Positions 1-7,587 of a stretch of DNA of 24,000 bases are shown here, piece by piece. The stretch is from an uncultured Hyphomicrobiales bacterium (GTDB lineage Bacteria > Pseudomonadota > Alphaproteobacteria > Rhizobiales > Beijerinckiaceae). The stretch lies in contig CAIUWR010000049.1 of assembly GCA_903902915.1 (NCBI GenBank), positions 84,471 to 108,470 of the forward strand. Direction: 5' to 3'. Position 1 is the first letter of the stretch; each line of letters starts with the position of its first letter. A program made the translations under genes and the position numbers. The notes under the pieces are model-generated. The model was not told where the DNA came from. It made no database searches and saw only the letters and a program-made list of their open reading frames with translations.

Positions 1-789
1 AACACGCTCGACGAACATCTCGACATGCTGATGGTCTGCCATCACCTCGATTCGTCGATCCCCGAGGATCTGGCTTTCGCCGAAAGCCGCATCCGCAAGG
101 AGACCATCGCCGCCGAAGACATCCTGCACGATCTGGGCGCGCTCTCCATGATGAGTTCGGACTCGCAGGCCATGGGCCGCGTGGGCGAGGTGATCATCCG
201 GACCTGGCAGACCGCCGACAAGATGAAACGCCAGCGCGGCCCCCTGCTAGAGGAGACCGGCGACAACGACAACGCCCGCGCCAAACGCTACATCGCCAAA
301 TATACGATCAACCCGGCCATCGCCCATGGCGTGTCGCGGCACATCGGCTCCATCGAGCCGGGCAAGCTGGCCGATCTCGTGCTGTGGACGCCCGCCTTCT
401 TCGGCGTGAAGCCCGATATCATCATCAAGGGCGGCGCCATCGCGGCCGCCGCCATGGGCGACCCCAACGCCTCGATCCCGACGCCCCAGCCGGTGCATTA
501 CCGGTCGATGTTCGGCGCCTATGGCGGCGCGGTGGCCTCGACCTGCCTCACCTTCGTCAGCGCGCTGGCGATGGACAGGGGGCTGGGGGCGAAGCTGCGC
601 GTCAACAAGCCCATGGTGGCCGTGGAGAACACGCGCGGCCAGATCAGCAAGAAAAGCATGATCCACAACGCCGCCACCCCGAAGATCGTGGTGGACCCCG
701 AGACCTATTCGGTGAGCGCCGACGGCGTGCTGCTGGTCTGCGAGCCCGCCGATGTGCTGCCCATGGCGCAAAGGTATTTCCTGTTCTAG
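1..789 (+). CDS. ureC: Urease alpha subunit, C-terminal part (5' end lies outside the window)
   Basis: Frame 1 is open from base 1 ([17 protein letters not shown]...). It contains typical UreC segments ([36 protein letters not shown]) and the canonical C-terminus [10 protein letters not shown] followed by TAG at 787-789. Confidence 0.95.
   Translation, partial: NTLDEHLDMLMVCHHLDSSIPEDLAFAESRIRKETIAAEDILHDLGALSMMSSDSQAMGRVGEVIIRTWQTADKMKRQRGPLLEETGDNDNARAKRYIAKYTINPAIAHGVSRHIGSIEPGKLADLVLWTPAFFGVKPDIIIKGGAIAAAAMGDPNASIPTPQPVHYRSMFGAYGGAVASTCLTFVSALAMDRGLGAKLRVNKPMVAVENTRGQISKKSMIHNAATPKIVVDPETYSVSADGVLLVCEPADVLPMAQRYFLF
763..789. repeat. Left copy of a perfect 27-bp direct repeat (ATGGCGCAAAGGTATTTCCTGTTCTAG), equal to the last 8 codons plus stop of ureC
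   Basis: The identical 27-mer was read at 2358-2384. This copy is in frame with ureC and completes it. It is about 44% G+C, lower than the flanking host DNA. Confidence 0.85.
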
Positions 790-1469
790 CCCGCGCCGCG
801 CGAGCGGTTGCAATAACTGTGGGTCAGTCTCGCATTTGACAGGTCGGTGCTTCCGCCCTGTGAATATGGGACGATGTGGTCCATCTCAGCATCATCTATG
901 TGCTCAATTTGCTGATGGCAGAGCCCGCACGTACGATCCTCGTCAAACCGCGCCTTTTTCTCTGAAAACGTATATAGCCGCCGCATCGCCACGTGTGGGC
1001 CAATTACATCATTTAACACGCTGTTCCATATCTCGAACCGGGTTTTAACCCGACTCTTGTCTGCCGTTCCTAGAGTGATTGCATCTGCGAACTCTCTACT
1101 CGTGGAACAAATATGAATAAACGCTTCGCGAATTGCGTCTTTCCGCTCTATGACGAGCCGCTTTTCAGCACGCGCAAACCAAAACATGATGACGTCGTAG
1201 ACCGCCTTGTTTATGGCTTTCTCCCAACTGCCTCCCACATGACCGGGCGAACCAGGCGAGTAACGACGGAAAGCCTTTTCGCCAAAAACTGTAAATGACA
1301 ATTCAATGGCTTTGTGAAAAACTTCCTTATATTTGTTTTCTCGCTCTGGTGAAATGGTGCGGTTTTCCTTCATATGATTATTTAAAAACGACCGCATCCC
1401 ATCATTATAGTTCAAATAGGTCGCCTCGTTGAATGCAAGAAATCGCAAAACTAATTCGACATCCTGCAT
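786..1469 (-). CDS. C-terminal fragment: helical middle region plus HNH endonuclease motif
   Basis: [45 protein letters not shown] is a classical HNH (His-Me finger) signature with a Cys pair. ELVLRFLAF-type middle region as in long DUF262 proteins. The stop codon (complement of 786-788) lies inside the left direct repeat and overlaps the ureC stop. Confidence 0.7.
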   Translation of the reverse strand: MQDVELVLRFLAFNEATYLNYNDGMRSFLNNHMKENRTISPERENKYKEVFHKAIELSFTVFGEKAFRRYSPGSPGHVGGSWEKAINKAVYDVIMFWFARAEKRLVIERKDAIREAFIHICSTSREFADAITLGTADKSRVKTRFEIWNSVLNDVIGPHVAMRRLYTFSEKKARFDEDRTCGLCHQQIEHIDDAEMDHIVPYSQGGSTDLSNARLTHSYCNRSRGAG

Positions 1470-2357
1470 TCTAGCGACAGGGTTATTAACGCCAAGAATC
1501 GTCTGAAAGTTTTAGTCTTTAGCTAATTCATTCATCAATTGGTTATAGCTACCTCGAAAAATGCAGTTCCTTAATTCCTGATCGGACAAAGAGACGGAGC
1601 CCGTGTTAAGCCGCTCGAATATTTCAAATTTTACAACCGGATGAGAGTCTTTTGATATTTTTATCGTCGGAATTGTGAATTTGTTGAACGCGTTTTTTGT
1701 CGCCTCATCAAGTTCTGCATGACGCTTCCCATCCAGATGGGACAATATTTTTAGATTTTTCAATCGAAATGGTCGGTGTTTTACGTGTTCACCACGACTT
1801 TCCCGCTCCTCGTCTTTTTTTGAAAGCGGGAAAAATCCGTCTATAAACGCAAAGCACGTTGTTAATCGTTGCTGACCATCGATAACAACTTCCTTCCCTC
1901 CGTCTTCTTCAGCTGTATAAACAAGCGGAAGCGGCACATTTAGCAGAATAGACTCTACAAGCGTGCTGGCTTTTTTAGTATCCCAAACGTAGCCCCTCTG
2001 GAAGGCTGGTCTCGGGTCTATGTCCTTGTCTTCTTTGTACGCTCTGTAGAGGTCGATGATTCGCCGGTTAGAATTTGAGAAATTGATTGGTGTGAAATTA
2101 TCAAGCGCGAGCGGGCTCTGATCATCGTCCTCGGCCTCAATCGTAACCTCCGCCTCCTGAACATGAGCTTCAGGGGCTTCGTACTCTGCTTCTTGGTTTG
2201 CGGACATAATGAGAGCCCCTAACTTTACATAAGCTTAACAAATATGAACACCAATATTAAATCAAGCAGAAGTTGATCAAGCCTGCGGGCCTCGGTGGAA
2301 ACAAAGTCTGCCACTCCACGGTTCCCGGGGTGATGCAGCGGCTCTTGCGTTTCCCCA
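790..2357. mobile_element. Low-GC inserted cassette / genomic islet between the 27-bp direct repeats; single nuclease cargo gene, no integrase or transposase
   Basis: Sharp composition drop (hand-counted lines 30-43% G+C versus about 68% in the flanks). It is bounded by the perfect direct repeats and interrupts the ureC to ureE region. The only convincing coding capacity is the minus-strand DUF262/HNH reading frame. Confidence 0.6.
1512..2207 (-). CDS. DUF262 domain protein fragment (N-terminal ParB-like / GmrSD-N-like part)
   Basis: Contains the family hallmarks FQRGYVWDTKKASTLVESIL and VIDGQQRLTT (DGQQR motif). Starts at ATG 2205-2207 with AGGGG about 9 nt upstream on the minus strand. Ends at the in-frame TAA. 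Confidence 0.75.
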   Translation of the reverse strand: MSANQEAEYEAPEAHVQEAEVTIEAEDDDQSPLALDNFTPINFSNSNRRIIDLYRAYKEDKDIDPRPAFQRGYVWDTKKASTLVESILLNVPLPLVYTAEEDGGKEVVIDGQQRLTTCFAFIDGFFPLSKKDEERESRGEHVKHRPFRLKNLKILSHLDGKRHAELDEATKNAFNKFTIPTIKISKDSHPVVKFEIFERLNTGSVSLSDQELRNCIFRGSYNQLMNELAKD

Positions 2358-2384
2358 ATGGCGCAAAGGTATTTCCTGTTCTAG
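2358..2384. repeat. Right copy of the perfect 27-bp direct repeat (orphan duplicate of the ureC 3' end)
   Basis: Identical to 763-789. The sequence upstream of it is not ureC-like: the ureC frame hits TGA 9 codons upstream. It lies 26 nt upstream of the ABM gene start. Confidence 0.85.
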
Positions 2385-2410
2385 AAGAGGCTTCCGACCC
2401 CGGAGGCTTC

Positions 2411-2713
2411 ATGATCGTCGTCATCGCCCGCGCCAAGATCCGTCCCGAAAAACGGGATGACTTTCTTGCGGCGGCGGCGGCCTGCGTGGAGACGTCCCGC
2501 GCGGAGAGCGGCAATATCGCTTATGACGTCTATGAAAGCGCCACGGAGACGAACGCCTTCGTCGTTCTGGAGCGCTGGAAGAGCCATGAGGACAATCGCG
2601 CCCATCTCCAGAACGCCCATACGCAGGACTTCCTGCGCGCCATGGCGCAAAGCGTGGCCGAAATGCCCCGGATAGAGGCGATCACCCCCGCCAAGATCGA
2701 CATGCTCGCTTGA
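2411..2713 (+). CDS. Antibiotic-biosynthesis-monooxygenase (ABM / Dabb-fold) family protein, 100 aa
   Basis: [22 protein letters not shown]...[26 protein letters not shown] is a typical ABM-domain pattern. GGAGG at 2402-2406 precedes ATG 2411. The longer track ORF from 2273 runs through the repeat and island edge and is not credible. Confidence 0.8.
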   Translation: MIVVIARAKIRPEKRDDFLAAAAACVETSRAESGNIAYDVYESATETNAFVVLERWKSHEDNRAHLQNAHTQDFLRAMAQSVAEMPRIEAITPAKIDMLA

Positions 2714-2724
2714 GAGAGACCCCC

Positions 2725-3291
2725 ATGATCCGCGCCAATTTCATCAGCGCCCGAGGCGCATGGCAGGCCAAGCCCGCCGACACCGTCGTGCTCGATTTCG
2801 AAGCGCGCCACCGCCGCCGCGTCGCCATGACCGGCGTGCGCGGCCTCGAATTCCTGCTCGATCTGCCCGAAGCCGTGGTGCTGCGCCATGGCGACGCCTT
2901 GGTGCTGGAGGACGGGCGCCTCGTGGAAGTGGTCGCCGCGCCCGAGCCGCTGGCCGAGATCCGCATCGGCGAGCCGCGCGATCTCGCGCGCATGGCCTGG
3001 CATCTGGGCAACCGTCATCTGCCGGTGCAGATTCTCGCCAACCGAATCCGCATCCGCCGCGACCCGGTGATCGAGGACATGGCCCGCAAGCTGGGCGGCA
3101 AGATCGCCCTCATCGAAGGCCCCTTCGAGCCCGAGGGCGGCGCCTATGCGCCCGAACCCGAGCCTGCGCCGGAACCCGCACATGTGCATGGCCCGGGCTG
3201 TGGGCATGATCACCACGGGCATGATCACCACGCCCATGACGACCACGGCCACGACCACGCTGGCCATGGACACAAGCATTCTCATGACTGA
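2725..3291 (+). CDS. ureE: Urease accessory protein UreE (nickel metallochaperone) with His-rich tail
   Basis: [10 protein letters not shown] motif. C-terminal [39 protein letters not shown] at 2725 chosen; TTG at 2710 is an alternative. Sits in the ure cluster. Confidence 0.9.
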   Translation: MIRANFISARGAWQAKPADTVVLDFEARHRRRVAMTGVRGLEFLLDLPEAVVLRHGDALVLEDGRLVEVVAAPEPLAEIRIGEPRDLARMAWHLGNRHLPVQILANRIRIRRDPVIEDMARKLGGKIALIEGPFEPEGGAYAPEPEPAPEPAHVHGPGCGHDHHGHDHHAHDDHGHDHAGHGHKHSHD

Positions 3292-4009
3292 TCTGGCCCT
3301 CGCGCAGCGGCCTTCGCTTGTGGATACGCAAACCAGCGCAGGTTCCGCCCTGCCGCTGCACATCTGGCTATCGCCCGCTTTTCCGGTGGGCGCCTTCGCC
3401 TATAGCCATGGGCTGGAAGCCGCCGTCGATCATGGCGACATCACGAACGCCGCCACGCTGCAAGCCTGGCTCGACGATCTCGTGCGCTTCGGCTCGTTGC
3501 GCAGCGACGCCCTGCTGGTCGCCTGCGCCTGGCGCGCGGCTGTCGCAGGCGACATGGCTGGGGTCATCGAGATCAATGATCTGGCCCTTGCCCTGGCCCC
3601 TTCCAAAGAACGGCATCTGGAGACGGCGGCGCAGGGAAACGCCTTCATCGCCGCCGCGCAGGCCTCCTGGCCTTGCGATCTGCTTGCCGAACTGGCGGGG
3701 GCGGCGGACACCATCGCCTATCCCGTCGCGGTGGCCGTGGCGGCGGCGGCCCATGCTGTGCCGCTGGCCGCCCTTCTCGACGCATATCTGGTCGCCTTCG
3801 CGGGCAATCTCGTCTCCGCCGCCGTGCGCCTTGGCCCGGTGGGGCAGACCGACGGGCAGAAGATCATCGCGCGGCTTGTGCCCGCCCTGCGCGAGGCCGC
3901 ACAGTTCGCGGCAACTGGAACGCTGGACGATCTGGGCTCCGCAGCCCTGCGCTCCGACATCGCCGCCATGCGGCATGAAACGCAATATTCAAGGCTGTTC
4001 CGCTCATGA
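3284..4009 (+). CDS. ureF: Urease accessory protein UreF
   Basis: [23 protein letters not shown]... is typical of UreF. ATG 3284 overlaps the ureE stop (3289-3291) by 8 nt, indicating translational coupling. Confidence 0.9.
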   Translation: MTDLALAQRPSLVDTQTSAGSALPLHIWLSPAFPVGAFAYSHGLEAAVDHGDITNAATLQAWLDDLVRFGSLRSDALLVACAWRAAVAGDMAGVIEINDLALALAPSKERHLETAAQGNAFIAAAQASWPCDLLAELAGAADTIAYPVAVAVAAAAHAVPLAALLDAYLVAFAGNLVSAAVRLGPVGQTDGQKIIARLVPALREAAQFAATGTLDDLGSAALRSDIAAMRHETQYSRLFRS

Positions 4010-4440
4010 CCCTCGGCTTGTGCCTCTTCGTCTTCGCCGTGCTGATGACGGTGGCGGGCCTTTACTTGTCCTGGGCGCGGGGCGGGCATTGGCCCGTTTC
4101 CAGCGAGATGGCGCTGGCTGCGGCAGTGGTCGGCGACCCGAAACTGCAACGCATGCCCTCGCCCCAACGCCTGCGGCTGATCGCCCTCGCCCACGCGCTG
4201 GGCGCGCTCAGCGTGCTGGCTCTGGGCTTCGACCTGCCCGGCCCGCTGCAACTGATCGCGACCTATTTGGGCGCGGGCTTTTGCGCTGTCTTCGGCCTGC
4301 GCGGCGTGCTCGGCTTCCTGCCGTTCTGGCGCAAGCATTTCACGGCGGAACCGTTCAACACCATTGACCGGATCATCTATTCGCCCTGCTATGTGCTGAT
4401 CGCCGAGGTCTATTTCTCGCTCATCTCCGACAGGTTCTGA
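4006..4440 (+). CDS. Small integral membrane protein, DUF3995-like, embedded between ureF and ureG
   Basis: About four hydrophobic segments. N-terminal LSWARGGHW resembles the DUF3995 WAxGG-W pattern (from memory, not searched). ATGA overlap with the ureF stop, and 3 nt before the ureG start. Confidence 0.65.
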   Translation: MTLGLCLFVFAVLMTVAGLYLSWARGGHWPVSSEMALAAAVVGDPKLQRMPSPQRLRLIALAHALGALSVLALGFDLPGPLQLIATYLGAGFCAVFGLRGVLGFLPFWRKHFTAEPFNTIDRIIYSPCYVLIAEVYFSLISDRF

Positions 4441-4443
4441 ACC

Positions 4444-5066
<623 letters not shown>

Positions 5067-5070
<4 letters not shown>

Positions 5071-5573
5071 CCCGGCAACAGGTCTTGCAGCCGCAGCAGG
5101 GCGATGCGGCTGATCTCGTCCAGCGCAGCGGCGAATTCCTGATCGCGGTCGTGAGCGATGCGACGCGCGAAGGCGCCCATGATCTCATCCTTGCTGCGGC
5201 CCTTCACCGCCATGATGAAGGGGAAACCAAAACGCGCCTTGTAGGCGTCGTTCAGTTCCGTGAAGCGCGCCCGTTCCTCGTCGGTGAGCTGGTCGAGGCC
5301 GGCGGACGCTTGCTCTTTCGTCGATTCCGCCGTCAGGCGTCCGGCGCGGGCGAGGCGCCCCGCGAGATCGGGATGGGCCATGATGAGCGCGAGCTTCTGC
5401 ACATCATCGCCCGCCATCATGGCTCGGGCCATCAGGGCATGCAGACCGCGCGCCGTCTCACAGCTGGAATCGAGCCCGGCGTCAAAGGCGGATTCCGCGA
5501 CCCAGGGCGAATGTTCGAAAACCCCGCCAAAGCGGTCCACGAAGGCGGCGCGTGAAAGGTCGCGAAGGTTCAT
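5067..5573 (-). CDS. uraD: 2-oxo-4-hydroxy-4-carboxy-5-ureidoimidazoline (OHCU) decarboxylase
   Basis: [42 protein letters not shown] are OHCU decarboxylase hallmarks. Start taken at MNLRDL (ATG 5571-5573) rather than the longer track ORF. Its stop overlaps the ureG stop in a TTAA. Confidence 0.9.
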
Positions 5574-5620
5574 CGGAAAACCTGTTTGATAGGGGCGGCG
5601 ACAAGGTTGTAAGCTTCGGT

Positions 5621-5636
5621 CATGCTGTTTAGCATG
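5621..5636. promoter_or_regulatory. Perfect palindrome CATGCT-GTTT-AGCATG in the uraD/hiuH divergent intergenic region; candidate operator
   Basis: Read directly from the sequence. Located about midway in the 98-bp gap between the divergent starts at 5573 and 5672. Confidence 0.3.
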
Positions 5637-5671
5637 CGACTCGGTTTTCACTATCTTATCAATGGTGGCGC

Positions 5672-6073
5672 GTGAGCGAAACAAAGACGCTTTCCCCGGT
5701 CGGCGCCCCGGCGCAATCTGGCCGCCTGACCACGCATGTGCTCGACACGGCCTGCGGCAAGCCCGCGCAAGGGGTGGCCATCAGCCTCTTCGCCGTTGAG
5801 GCCTCCGGCGCCCGGCGCTTGCTCAAAAGCGCGCGGACCAATGGAGACGGGCGCTGCGACGCACCTCTTCTGAGCGGCGCGGAGATGGTTGTGGGCGCCT
5901 ATGAACTCGTCTTCGAGGTCGCGGCCTATTTCCGCGCGGCGGGAGTCGCCCTGAGCGATCCGCCATTTCTGGACGTTGTTCCGATTCAATTCGGGATAGC
6001 CGAAGGCGGCGCGCATTATCATGTGCCGCTGCTCATCTCCCCCTATGGGTATTCGACCTATCGGGGAAGTTAA
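5672..6073 (+). CDS. hiuH: 5-hydroxyisourate hydrolase (transthyretin-like)
   Basis: [17 protein letters not shown], the [20 protein letters not shown]-terminus with the YRGS signature. GTG start at 5672; the exact start is uncertain. Confidence 0.9.
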   Translation: MSETKTLSPVGAPAQSGRLTTHVLDTACGKPAQGVAISLFAVEASGARRLLKSARTNGDGRCDAPLLSGAEMVVGAYELVFEVAAYFRAAGVALSDPPFLDVVPIQFGIAEGGAHYHVPLLISPYGYSTYRGS

Positions 6074-6098
6074 TAAAGAACACTCAAGGGGAACAAAC

Positions 6099-7532
6099 AT
6101 GTCGGACGAGACGCACCCAGTAGATGAAATGCTGCCGCCTGCTCGCCTTGGCGCGCTGGGCTTGCAGCATGTTTTGGTGATGTATGCGGGCGCCATCGCC
6201 GTGCCGCTGATCATTTCCGGCGCGCTTGGGCTCAATCCCGAGCAGCGCGCGGTGCTGATCAACGCGGATCTTCTGGCCTGCGGCCTCGCCACACTGGTGC
6301 AGGCGCTGGGCTTCTGGGGCGTGGGCATCCGCCTCCCCGTCATGATGGGCGTCACCTTCGCCTCCGTCTCGCCCATGATGGGCATGATCGCAGCCGCCAA
6401 GAGCGGCGGCAACTTTCAGGCGATTCCCACCCTGCTGACCATCTATGGCTCGGTCATCGCGGCCGGCCTCTTCGCCTTCCTCGTGGCCCCACTGGTGGGC
6501 CGGGTGCTGCGCTTCTTCCCGCCGGTGGTCACGGGCACGATCATCACGGTGATCGGCCTGTCGCTGATGCGCATTGGCGTCGGCTGGGCGGAAGGCCCGC
6601 TGACGGTGGTGCAGATGGTGGATGGGGCGGTGAAGGTCATTCCCAATCCCAACCGCGACGCGCTCGACGGCCTCGCCATGGCGCTGTTCGTGCTGCTGGT
6701 GATCCTTGGAATCACCAAATACGCCAAGGGCTTCATCTCCAATGTGGCGGTTCTGGTGGGCATCATCGCGGGCGCGGTCGTGGCCAGCCTGGTGGGCGCC
6801 GAGTCGCCCAATGTGGCCATGAGCTTCGCCGATGTGGCCAAGGCCCCCTGGTTCGGCGTGGTCATGCCCCTGCAATTCGGCATGCCCACCTTCGAGGTGA
6901 CGCCCATCATCATCATGTGCATCGTGATGCTGGTGGTGATGATCGAATCGACCGGCATGTTCCTGGCGCTGGGAGAGATGACCGGCCGCAAGGTGGGTCC
7001 GGAGGATCTGACCCGGGGCCTGCGGGCTGACGGCGTCGGCACCATCATCGGCGGCGTGTTCAACACCTTCCCCTACACCTCCTTCTCCCAGAACGTGGGC
7101 CTCGTCGGCGTCACCGGCGTGCGTTCGCGCTATGTGGCGGCGGCGGGCGGCGTGATCCTGATCGTTCTGGGCTTCGTGCCCAAGCTCGCCGCCCTTGTGG
7201 GCGCGGTGCCCGTGCAGGTGCTGGGCGGCGCGGGTCTGGTGATGTTCGGCATGGTCACGGCCACCGGCATCCGCATTCTGGGCGGGGTGGACTTCAAGAC
7301 GAAGCGCCACAACCTGTTCATCGTGGCGATTGCGGTGGGCTTCGGCCTCATCCCGCTCATCGCGCCGAACTTCTTCAAGAACTTCCCCAGCGAACTGAAG
7401 CTGTTGCTGGAGTCAGGCATCATCCTTGCCTCCATCGTGGCCGTCGTGCTCAACGCTTTCTTCAACGGTCTGGGCTCCCGGACCGAGGCTGAAGCGCAGA
7501 TCGCGCAAGCGTCCGCGCAGGCCGACATCTGA
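6099..7532 (+). CDS. NCS2-family nucleobase:cation symporter (xanthine/uric acid permease type)
   Basis: GLQHVLVMYAGAIAVPLII, ESTGMFLALGEMTG, FPYTSFSQNVGLVGVTGVRSRYV are NCS2 signatures, with many TM segments. ATG 6099 is preceded by AAGGGGA. Substrate is inferred from the urate context. Confidence 0.9.
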   Translation: MSDETHPVDEMLPPARLGALGLQHVLVMYAGAIAVPLIISGALGLNPEQRAVLINADLLACGLATLVQALGFWGVGIRLPVMMGVTFASVSPMMGMIAAAKSGGNFQAIPTLLTIYGSVIAAGLFAFLVAPLVGRVLRFFPPVVTGTIITVIGLSLMRIGVGWAEGPLTVVQMVDGAVKVIPNPNRDALDGLAMALFVLLVILGITKYAKGFISNVAVLVGIIAGAVVASLVGAESPNVAMSFADVAKAPWFGVVMPLQFGMPTFEVTPIIIMCIVMLVVMIESTGMFLALGEMTGRKVGPEDLTRGLRADGVGTIIGGVFNTFPYTSFSQNVGLVGVTGVRSRYVAAAGGVILIVLGFVPKLAALVGAVPVQVLGGAGLVMFGMVTATGIRILGGVDFKTKRHNLFIVAIAVGFGLIPLIAPNFFKNFPSELKLLLESGIILASIVAVVLNAFFNGLGSRTEAEAQIAQASAQADI

Positions 7533-7543
7533 CCCAACTTTCA

Positions 7544-7568
7544 GCCAGCGGGCGCCATGCCCGCTGGC
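7544..7568 (+). other. Perfect 10-bp stem / 5-nt loop hairpin (GCCAGCGGGC-GCCAT-GCCCGCTGGC) between the permease and puuD
   Basis: Read directly from the sequence. It starts 12 nt after the permease stop and ends 19 nt before the puuD start. No U-tract follows, so it is not a canonical intrinsic terminator. Confidence 0.35.
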
Positions 7569-7587
7569 CTTGCATCCGGAGAGTCCC

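Larger units (their letters stand above)
786..2207 (-). pseudogene. DUF262 (ParB/GmrSD-like N-terminal domain) + HNH nuclease, single reading frame of 473 codons interrupted by one in-frame TAA at 1512-1514. This is an alternative representation of the two ORF fragments listed next.
   Basis: ORFs 1512-2207 and 786-1469 are in the same frame (both end coordinates are 2 mod 3). The 14 codons between them (NFQTILGVNNPVAR) are open, and the only stop in 1422 nt is the TAA at 1512-1514. Confidence 0.6.

Noticed and set aside
752-1298. Plus-strand ORFs inside the island (752-1048, 98 aa; 1113-1298, 61 aa) as possible additional cargo such as an antitoxin or immunity gene.
   Set aside because: Both lie entirely antisense to the HNH-containing frame. 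They have no motifs or ribosome-binding sites, and the first starts inside ureC. They cannot be excluded experimentally, but there is no positive evidence.
802-2344. Possible terminal inverted repeats of the cassette: GAGCGGTTGCA at 802-812 versus the reverse complement of TGCAGCGGCTC at 2334-2344. They match at 9 of 11 positions and sit 12-13 bp inside each direct repeat.
   Set aside because: The placement is symmetric and intriguing. However, the match is short, imperfect and GC-rich, does not extend in either direction, and could be chance. It is not reported as a feature, but it is worth rechecking if other copies of the element are found.
2273-2410. N-terminal extensions offered by the ORF track: 2273 for the ABM gene, 6021 for the permease, 7426 for puuD, 8580 for rph, 9278 for rdgB, 11365 for the ACAD, 5684 for uraD, 14491 for the nitrilase, 15737 for the thiolase and 23712 for the dehydrogenase.
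   Set aside because: The extensions overlap upstream genes or cross the island junction, are compositionally aberrant, and the family-typical N-termini begin at internal ATG/GTG codons with better Shine-Dalgarno spacing.
3203-3232. Tandem 15-bp direct repeat GGCATGATCACCACG x2 within ureE.
   Set aside because: It encodes the repeated HDHHG units of the His-rich UreE tail. This is a coding low-complexity repeat, possibly length-variable by slippage, and not an independent element.
6084-7310. Long antisense ORFs opposite well-supported genes. Examples: 6084-7310(-) in the permease, 7462-8667(-) in puuD, 11281-12480(-) in the acyl-CoA dehydrogenase, 14295-15545(+) in the thiolase, 17027-18340(+) in bioB, 2530-3363(-) in ureE, 3318-4367(+) and 3718-4338(-) in ureF, and 12506-13588(-) in mmsB.
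   Set aside because: Their translations are Arg/Gly/His/Ala/Pro-rich low-complexity strings typical of stop-poor alternative frames in about 68% G+C DNA. In each case the opposite or alternate frame encodes a protein with unmistakable family motifs.
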